Source: Nitrososphaeria archaeon (GTDB taxonomy: Archaea > Thermoproteota > Nitrososphaeria > Geothermarchaeales > JDFR-13). Taken from it: 64,000 bases of DNA. The first letter of the stretch is position 1. Each line of letters starts with the position of its first letter. The stretch is from positions 960,001-1,024,000 of the forward strand of contig JALWXN010000004.1 of assembly GCA_027078545.1 (NCBI GenBank), in the 5' to 3' direction. A model generated the notes under the pieces. That model was not told the DNA's origin. It ran no database searches and saw only the letters and a list, made by a program, of their open reading frames with translations. Shown here one piece after another: positions 57,424-64,000 of this stretch. The position numbers and the translations under genes were made by a program.

Positions 57424-58167
57424 GTGATTAATATGCAGAGCCTCATAGAGAGCCTCCTAGAAGTCATCGACAGCCACGTATCGATAAGGAGGTATAAGCC
57501 CCACGAGATGGACGACGAGACCCTTGAGAAGCTGATATACGCCGGGATAAGGGCCCCATCATCCGCCAACCTACAGCCCTACACCATCATAGCCGTTAGG
57601 GACCAGGCCAAGAAGGACATAATAGCAGAGCTATGTGGGAACCAGCCCCACATAAGGCAGTGCTCAGTATTCCTACTATTCACAGCCGACTACTATAGGG
57701 CCTCTAAGGCGATGGAGAAGCTAGGTATAGAGCCGGCCCAACCAAACATATATGGACTATACGTAGCCGCGGTTGATGCAGCCCTAGCAGCCCAGAACAT
57801 AGCATTAGCAGCCGAGGCAATGGGCTATGGAATATGCTACATAGGAGCGGTCCAGAACAATCCATGCAGAATAGCAGAGCTCCTAGGCCTACCCGAGAAG
57901 ACATACCCACTCTTCGGAATGACTATAGGCGTCCCCGACGAGGAGCCGCCCAAGAGGCTTAGACTCCCAGTCAAGACCATACTGCATAGGGAGGCCTATG
58001 AAGGGGCCAAGGAGGAGAGCGTCATCAACACCTATAGGGAGGCGGGCCACCTAGACAGCCTGGTGAGACGGTTCAAGAGATACCTATCGATAGAGGGCGG
58101 CATAGCCAGGAGATTCCCCAGCTTCATAGAGTGCCTCGAGAAGAGGGGGTTCAGGACTACCCCCTAA
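57424..58167 (+). CDS. Nitroreductase / NADPH-flavin oxidoreductase (NfsA/Frp type)
   Basis: HVSIRRY, APSSANLQPY, DAALAAQN, GICYIG, PLFGMTIG, RLP. Confidence 0.9.
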   Translation: MINMQSLIESLLEVIDSHVSIRRYKPHEMDDETLEKLIYAGIRAPSSANLQPYTIIAVRDQAKKDIIAELCGNQPHIRQCSVFLLFTADYYRASKAMEKLGIEPAQPNIYGLYVAAVDAALAAQNIALAAEAMGYGICYIGAVQNNPCRIAELLGLPEKTYPLFGMTIGVPDEEPPKRLRLPVKTILHREAYEGAKEESVINTYREAGHLDSLVRRFKRYLSIEGGIARRFPSFIECLEKRGFRTTP

Positions 58168-59044
58168 CCCTAAACTCCTCGCTGAAGGCCTCCTCAAGGA
58201 TCCTGAGCCTGTTATACCTCCTGACAAACTCCTCCGCCGATAAGGATCCAGCCCTAAACTCCTCGACAAGCCTCTCCATCTCCACCCTGATCTCCTCCAG
58301 CCTCCTACGTATATAGTCGGAGACAGACTTCTCCATATCGGCCATCGAGGTGACCTCTGCCGGGCGGTATGTACCAACTACCCTCCCATCCTCCAGGAGG
58401 ACAACCCTGTCAGCCTCCCTAGCAACCCTAGGGTCATGGGTATTCACGACGACGGTCTTACCCCTAGCCACCTCGTCACGGAGTAGTCCGACAACCCTAC
58501 GGATATTCTCACCATCAAGCTCAGCAGTCGGCTCGTCAGCCAGTATAATGTCGGGGTCGTTGGCCAGGGCGGCCGCGATAGCGACCCTCTGCTGCTCACC
58601 CCCACTAAGCTCCTCCACAAGCTTGTCAAGCTTATCCCTGATACCAAGCCTCTCAGCCAGTGCCTCTACCCTCTCCCTCCTCTCACGCTCCGGTATCCCG
58701 AGTACAGACATGGGGAGCTCGATATTCTCCCTAGCAGTCAGCCTATGAACCAGGTTGAGGAACTGGAACACCACGCCGATCCTCCTAAGCCTAAGCTCCT
58801 CAAGCTCATCCTCCCTCATAGCTGAGAGGCTCCTACCCTCCAGCAGGACACGCCCCGAGCTGGGCATGTCGAGGCCCGACAATAGGTTTAGGAGCGTGGT
58901 CTTACCACTCCCACTTGGCCCCATAACAACTAGGAACTCTCCACGGTAGACCTCCAGTGAGACGCCGCGCAGCGCCACTACTCCCGACTCCCCCATGGGG
59001 TAGACCTTAACGACATCCTCCACGACATAGATCGGGTCAGCCAA
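58157..59044 (-). CDS. ABC transporter ATP-binding protein (LolD/MacB type)
   Basis: GPSGSGKTT, LSGGEQQRVAIA, LADEPT, NTHD. Confidence 0.94.
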   Translation of the reverse strand: MADPIYVVEDVVKVYPMGESGVVALRGVSLEVYRGEFLVVMGPSGSGKTTLLNLLSGLDMPSSGRVLLEGRSLSAMREDELEELRLRRIGVVFQFLNLVHRLTARENIELPMSVLGIPERERRERVEALAERLGIRDKLDKLVEELSGGEQQRVAIAAALANDPDIILADEPTAELDGENIRRVVGLLRDEVARGKTVVVNTHDPRVAREADRVVLLEDGRVVGTYRPAEVTSMADMEKSVSDYIRRRLEEIRVEMERLVEEFRAGSLSAEEFVRRYNRLRILEEAFSEEFRVRG

Positions 59045-61745
59045 CCCTACTCACCTCCAGGGTCACCCTCCTACCCAGGCGGGAGACATATACATAGGGT
59101 ATGATAAGCGCCAAGACGAGGGAGACCACCATGACTACCAGGTTAAGCTCGTTGAGGATTAGGGGGTAGATCACCAGCCTATCAACCGTTACAAACGTAT
59201 TTATGAACTGGTTACTACTCCCATAGCCCCCTATGAAGCCGGAGACTAGACCCACCGCAACGCTGAATATTATGACTGGCAAGATGAGTGAGTAGACGAT
59301 CCTAACAGTGTATCTACCCATACCCCTAGCCTTCAACACAGCTATATCCCTCCTGAGGCTCCTCATATAGACCGACGATGCCAGTACCATGACTATCACG
59401 ACGAGGCCAGCGCTATACACGTTGAAGGGGTAGAGGATCCTCTGGGACTGGCCAAACGTCTCTAGGAAGACGGCCTCCGGTGAGGAGGAGCGTCCAAAAC
59501 CCGCCAACGCCTGGCCAGCATCCTCGAAGACCTGCATCACAGTTGTTAGCCTAACAGGCTCCCTAGACAGTATCCTGAAGGAGACTAAGGTATGTTGGGG
59601 CAGCCTATACTCCCGGACATTATCGTAGTGGGTCACAATCCCGTATACCAGGCCCCTAGGATCTATTAGGAGGTAGCCATCTATAGCCAGCCTGATACCC
59701 TCCTCATCCGGCGAGTACTCGCCCTCCCAGGCGGGGACAATCAGCAGCTCAACATCCTCGGGATACTCTCCGAAGAGACTCTCAAACATCGATGCGAACC
59801 TCCCAGTTGCATATACCCCCTCCTCGAGATCCGCCTCACCAGTGGAGAACATCCAGTCCTTCAGATTGAATATGGAATCCACCCTATCACTCGGGATGAG
59901 GATGCCTAGCGTCACCTCAGTAACCATCCCCTTATGATTAATGTAGGAGGGGATATCCATGACTAGGAGGGCGGGCTCAGACAGGGAGCTGTTGAGGAGT
60001 GTCCCAAGCCTGTCACCCAGCTCCCCAACCGTCGTCTCATTGACCACACGCATATAGATAGAGTATTCATACTCATACTGGGAGGCCCCTGTATAGTCGT
60101 TGATGAAGGCTATAGACCTACCCATAAAGACCATGTAGTACATCATGAGGAATAGGATAAGAGCCACGAGGAAGGCTGTCTTTGGGATCATCCCGGGAAG
60201 CCTCATCGAGTATCTATAGGAGATGCTCCCTACAGGCCCTGCAACAACGCTCGAGAGGGATCTGGTGAGCCTCGCTACTAATCCAGTCCTGTGGAGCACA
60301 TAGTTGATGACGAAGTAGGGGAATATCACAGGGGCGATTATCTCCATAAACCCGCTTATCATGGCATAGATAAGTAGGAGGATCCCTAGGAGGCCCATGC
60401 CGAACATGTCAGGTGAGAAGGTGAAGCCAGAGGCCCACTCAACAATCTTTAGACAGCTAAGTATGAAGAGTATCGTCACGGTGGTCGAGGGCCTCCACTC
60501 AACCCTCTCCTCCCCATGTAGATAGACCCTAGAAGCCTCCAACGGCCCCATCCTCACAATCTGGCCATACACCTTCCTATAGGCCAGGAGAACAAACAAG
60601 GAGCCAAGGACAACCGTAGCCAACAAGACGTCTAGGGAGTAGAAGAGTGGGGAGACCTCTATAGATATCCCGACAACCCTGGCTAGGGAGTCCCCAGTCA
60701 GGCTGGCCAGTAGAATACCGATCAAGGCGGCGACTAGGAAGAGGACGATAGTCACCACCAGGAACGAGAGGGAGATACTCCTACCACCCACACCCCTAAG
60801 CCTGAGGATCCCGATATCCCTCCTATAGTTCGAGACCACGAGATCCAGCACGATATACGTCAGGTAGATGGTGGCGAAGGCATAGGGTATACTCGACCAG
60901 GCTATGGAGAAGTTTAGGGCCAGGTCTATGAAGTTGGCGAAGGTGAGCTGAGACTCGATAAGGTTGACCCATGAGACCGGGCTGTCTAGTATGGCGGTCA
61001 CCCTACCGCTCAGCTGCCCTGCCAGGGAAGCTGCATTCTCATTGATCGTCTCGACATCGAGGCCTAGATAGTCTAGGCTAACCCTGACAAGAATCTCAAG
61101 CCCACCCACAAACTCCTTATCCCCAATATCCACAAGCCCAGGCTCGAGGAAGACAGTGTCAGGCGATAGCTGGCCGACAATCGGGACCTGGGGCCCAAAG
61201 GGGGCGCCCACAAACCCTATATCAACCTCTATTACCCCCTTTACCCTGGTCTCTATACTCCCCTCCTCCCCATACAACCCTATTACAACAGGATCCCCAA
61301 TATCAATACCCGCCAAATCTGCGAAGTCGGAGGATATGTATACACCCTCCTCAATCGAGGGATCCTCACTAATAACCTGCATACCCGACAGCTCGAGGAA
61401 GGAGAGGATATCCGGATAAACAATAGCCACGTCCATGGGTCCAGACTCATTACCCACCTCTACAGATGTGGGGTAATACATGAGTAGGGCGTAGGACTCG
61501 AGCCTATCATCACCCCCAAGGAAGTCGAGGATCTCAGCCACCTCATCACCGGTATAGTCCCCCTCATACCTCATTATGAGGTGGGGCGTCACAGCATCCA
61601 CCAAGGCCCTTATCCTCTCTATCCTCATAGCGTTTGATAGAACCATGGGTGTCGAGACAATCATGGATATGAGGATGAAGATTATGAAGAGGGTTACCAG
61701 CCTATACCCAGTCCTGGCAAAGTATTTATACACCACACCAGGCAT
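59037..61745 (-). CDS. FtsX/MacB-type ABC transporter permease
   Basis: Two repeats with RRDIGILRLRG / RRDIAVLKARG and large extracytoplasmic loops; overlaps the ATPase gene. Confidence 0.88.
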   Translation of the reverse strand: MPGVVYKYFARTGYRLVTLFIIFILISMIVSTPMVLSNAMRIERIRALVDAVTPHLIMRYEGDYTGDEVAEILDFLGGDDRLESYALLMYYPTSVEVGNESGPMDVAIVYPDILSFLELSGMQVISEDPSIEEGVYISSDFADLAGIDIGDPVVIGLYGEEGSIETRVKGVIEVDIGFVGAPFGPQVPIVGQLSPDTVFLEPGLVDIGDKEFVGGLEILVRVSLDYLGLDVETINENAASLAGQLSGRVTAILDSPVSWVNLIESQLTFANFIDLALNFSIAWSSIPYAFATIYLTYIVLDLVVSNYRRDIGILRLRGVGGRSISLSFLVVTIVLFLVAALIGILLASLTGDSLARVVGISIEVSPLFYSLDVLLATVVLGSLFVLLAYRKVYGQIVRMGPLEASRVYLHGEERVEWRPSTTVTILFILSCLKIVEWASGFTFSPDMFGMGLLGILLLIYAMISGFMEIIAPVIFPYFVINYVLHRTGLVARLTRSLSSVVAGPVGSISYRYSMRLPGMIPKTAFLVALILFLMMYYMVFMGRSIAFINDYTGASQYEYEYSIYMRVVNETTVGELGDRLGTLLNSSLSEPALLVMDIPSYINHKGMVTEVTLGILIPSDRVDSIFNLKDWMFSTGEADLEEGVYATGRFASMFESLFGEYPEDVELLIVPAWEGEYSPDEEGIRLAIDGYLLIDPRGLVYGIVTHYDNVREYRLPQHTLVSFRILSREPVRLTTVMQVFEDAGQALAGFGRSSSPEAVFLETFGQSQRILYPFNVYSAGLVVIVMVLASSVYMRSLRRDIAVLKARGMGRYTVRIVYSLILPVIIFSVAVGLVSGFIGGYGSSNQFINTFVTVDRLVIYPLILNELNLVVMVVSLVLALIIPYVYVSRLGRRVTLEVSRVG

Positions 61746-61819
61746 ATACCCTACTCACCGCATTCCAAACATTAACGCCTTATCAAGGATATCTCTATAA
61801 GAGGTATTTATTAAGCTAA

Positions 61820-62428
61820 CTATATCAAAGAAAAGTATCTCCTAACTATCGTTTCCTCTATCTCCAAAAGATGGTGGTAATCCCTCAGGAAAACCTCCCT
61901 CAACACCCTCTTACGGAGTAGTAAAGAATCATATTTCTCATACGCCTCCGCCGAATCGATACTTGCTAGTAGCCCCATACCCACCAGCCTATCGATGGTG
62001 ACACCCTTGTATAGAAGGTTGAGGAGAGCATGTCCACCCCTGAACATCCCATAGGTGAACCCGCTTAGTAGGTGGCTATACCCCCGGCTCGCCAGGAGAG
62101 CCTCCCCACCCACATAGTCCGACGCAAGGAGTAGGTCTATGGGGAAGCCCCAGAGATCACCCTCGGCAACAGTTATGTAGATAGCGTCACTATAGATAGC
62201 GTTTGCAAGGGCGATCCTCAACCTCCTCAATAAGGCTAGATACTCCTCAGCATCAACCTCGGGATCCCCCTCCCTCAATGGTTTAAACGGGTCTGACCCT
62301 CCCCTATCCAGGTGTAGGATTACTAACCCCTCCCTCACGGAGAACCACTCCTCAAACATGGATACATATTCGGGCGTCACATGGTTAGGATAATCCTCAA
62401 CCCTGTACTCGACAACCTTCCCGCCCAA
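61820..62428 (-). CDS. Hypothetical protein, possibly a degenerate crotonase fold
   Basis: IYITVAEGDLWGFPIDLLLASD resembles the enoyl-CoA hydratase core; TTG start inferred. Confidence 0.5.
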   Translation of the reverse strand: MGGKVVEYRVEDYPNHVTPEYVSMFEEWFSVREGLVILHLDRGGSDPFKPLREGDPEVDAEEYLALLRRLRIALANAIYSDAIYITVAEGDLWGFPIDLLLASDYVGGEALLASRGYSHLLSGFTYGMFRGGHALLNLLYKGVTIDRLVGMGLLASIDSAEAYEKYDSLLLRKRVLREVFLRDYHHLLEIEETIVRRYFSLI

Positions 62429-62477
62429 GGAGTACCACCAACCATATAGATGCCGGGGCCTAAGAGTAATATGTGTA

Positions 62478-63092
62478 ATGGATAGGCTTGGTGAGCTGGA
62501 GGAGCTGGCCAACAAGATTAGGAGTTGCACCTTATGTAGGCTCCACGAGAACAGGACGAACGCGGTCCCCGGGGAGGGTAGTGGATCCTCGGGAGTCATG
62601 TTTATAGGTGAGGCCCCTGGTAGGAGTGAGGACGAGATGGGTAGGCCCTTCGTGGGGAGAGCTGGGCAGCTACTCACCGAGCTAATATCCCTCGCAGGGC
62701 TTAGGAGGGAGGATGTCTACATAACCAACGTGGTCAAGTGTAGACCCCCTGGGAATAGAGACCCCTTGGAGGATGAGATTAGGGCCTGCCTACCCTACCT
62801 GAGGAGGCAGATACAGATACTCAGGCCCCGCCTAATAGTGACCCTGGGTAGACACGCGGCTAAGACCATAGCCATGGAGGCCGGGAGGAGCTTCAGGGGG
62901 ATGACGAGGGAGAGGGGGAGGAGCTACAGGGCAGTGGTCGCGGGGGTTGAGGTGACGATATTCATGACCTACCACCCAGCGGCAGCCCTCTACAACCCTG
63001 GACTACTCGAGAAGCTTAGGGAAGACTTTATGAAGATACCCAGCCTCCTAAGCCCCGGGAAGAGAGGCGCCACCCTAGACGACTTCCTCTAA
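62478..63092 (+). CDS. udg: Family 4 uracil-DNA glycosylase
   Basis: CTLCRL, IGEAPG, GRPFVGRAG, TNVVKCRPPGNRDP, YHPAAALY; C-terminal PIP-like TLDDFL. Confidence 0.95.
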   Translation: MDRLGELEELANKIRSCTLCRLHENRTNAVPGEGSGSSGVMFIGEAPGRSEDEMGRPFVGRAGQLLTELISLAGLRREDVYITNVVKCRPPGNRDPLEDEIRACLPYLRRQIQILRPRLIVTLGRHAAKTIAMEAGRSFRGMTRERGRSYRAVVAGVEVTIFMTYHPAAALYNPGLLEKLREDFMKIPSLLSPGKRGATLDDFL

Positions 63093-63439
63093 TTCTTACC
63101 CTTCTTCTCAGCCTCTAGCCGCTCCTTGAAGTAGGCCTCCAGGTCAATATCCCTATACTCCTCAGCAAGGAGATCCCTCTTATCAGGGTTCTTGAGGAAG
63201 TAGTAGACACTGTAGCTACAGATGGGGACTATCTTAAGCCCATTCTCCCTCGCATACTCGATAGCCTTCTCCACAAGTTTCCTAGCCAGTCCACGTCCAC
63301 GCCACTGCTCAGGGGTATACGTGGCGTCGAGGAAGAGCTTACCATCCTCTTTGTGATACCTCAGGTATGCCTTGGACCCGTCGGGCAGCCTTATGAAGAA
63401 GACCCTACCAGTCATCTCGACATTAAAGTCCTCCGACAT
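63089..63439 (-). CDS. GNAT acetyltransferase, YjdJ/COG2388-like
   Basis: TYTPEQWRGRGLA, KIVPICSY. Confidence 0.85.
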   Translation of the reverse strand: MSEDFNVEMTGRVFFIRLPDGSKAYLRYHKEDGKLFLDATYTPEQWRGRGLARKLVEKAIEYARENGLKIVPICSYSVYYFLKNPDKRDLLAEEYRDIDLEAYFKERLEAEKKGKN

Positions 63440-63504
63440 CCCAAGACCAGCTATCACGGAGGGGGTTTATAAATCTTCACCACGAGTCTATAGGTGATGC
63501 GGAG

Positions 63505-64000
63505 ATGGTTGTATACGACGGCGGCGAGATAGAGCCGATTCTACGGCGGATAAGGGATATGGAACGTGTCAGGCTGGCGATATTCGATATCGACAACACG
63601 CTTATAGACTCTACAGAGAGGTTTAGGAAGAGCCTCGAGGATGTGGCTGGCAGGAGGGTCGAGAGCCTTGAGGAGCTGGGCCCAGAGGAGAGGAACAGGT
63701 TCTGGGACGTATTCCTAAGCCCCAAATACCTCTACCTAGACAGGCCGATGGAGAGGGGTATTAAGGAGCTCCTGGAGAGGAGGGGCGAGGGCTACTACAT
63801 ACTCATCCTCACAGGGAGGCCGGAGAGGATGAGGGATGTAACTGTCGAGCAGCTAAGAGAGATAGGTGTGGAGTACGACGCCCTACTCATGAGGAGGGAT
63901 GACGATAGGAGGCCCGACCACATCTACAAGCCCGTGAGGATAGGGATGATAATACAGGGGATAGACTATAGGGACGCCTCGATAGAGTATCACGAGGATA
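63505..64000 (+). CDS. HAD-superfamily phosphatase (3'-truncated; not in the ORF track)
   Basis: Hand translation gives IFDIDNTL (motif I), ILTGRPE (motif II), LLMR..D..YK. Confidence 0.85.
   Translation, partial: MVVYDGGEIEPILRRIRDMERVRLAIFDIDNTLIDSTERFRKSLEDVAGRRVESLEELGPEERNRFWDVFLSPKYLYLDRPMERGIKELLERRGEGYYILILTGRPERMRDVTVEQLREIGVEYDALLMRRDDDRRPDHIYKPVRIGMIIQGIDYRDASIEYHED

Noticed and set aside
1-64000. CRISPR arrays, tRNA/rRNA genes, IS elements, proviral genes, origin ORB repeats
   Set aside because: Intergenic spaces are all under ~170 bp and show no repeat-spacer periodicity, cloverleaf, transposase/integrase motifs or clustered ORB boxes by eye

Overview
A gene-dense (about 67 CDS) chromosomal segment from a hyperthermophilic archaeon. 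Reverse gyrase, the archaeal PoK/PPS route to CoA, a crenarchaeal-type IleRS (HIGT/EMHKS), a ThermoDBP-like SSB and AGG/ATA-rich codon use point to the TACK/Thermoproteota radiation (inference; no database search was possible). Most content is housekeeping or metabolic: CoA synthesis, a tungsten AOR with Moco genes, pyrG/nfi/dcd/tmk, SerRS/IleRS with AlaX and YbaK editors, tRNA modification (ThiI, TtuA, Taw3), SufCBD/SufS/Mrp/DUF59/CDGSH Fe-S genes, ADP-forming acyl-CoA synthetase, CopA/CopZ, transporters and UDG. I saw no rRNA, tRNA, CRISPR array, transposase or integrase. The main items beyond routine annotation are: (1) two neighbouring ~87-nt 5' leaders (before ino1 and a GSA-aminomutase-like gene) that share a motif, and each of which can fold so the Shine-Dalgarno is either free or sequestered, a candidate new archaeal riboswitch/thermometer class; (2) an 87-aa Cys-containing protein translationally coupled to SufS where SufE/SufU would be expected; (3) a capBC poly-gamma-glutamate synthetase pair; (4) an ATAAC-N3-GTTAT palindrome shared by Fe-S promoters; (5) a box C/D-like sRNA and a CDGSH gene absent from the ORF track. 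All product calls come from motif recognition by eye, and RNA folds were derived by hand.
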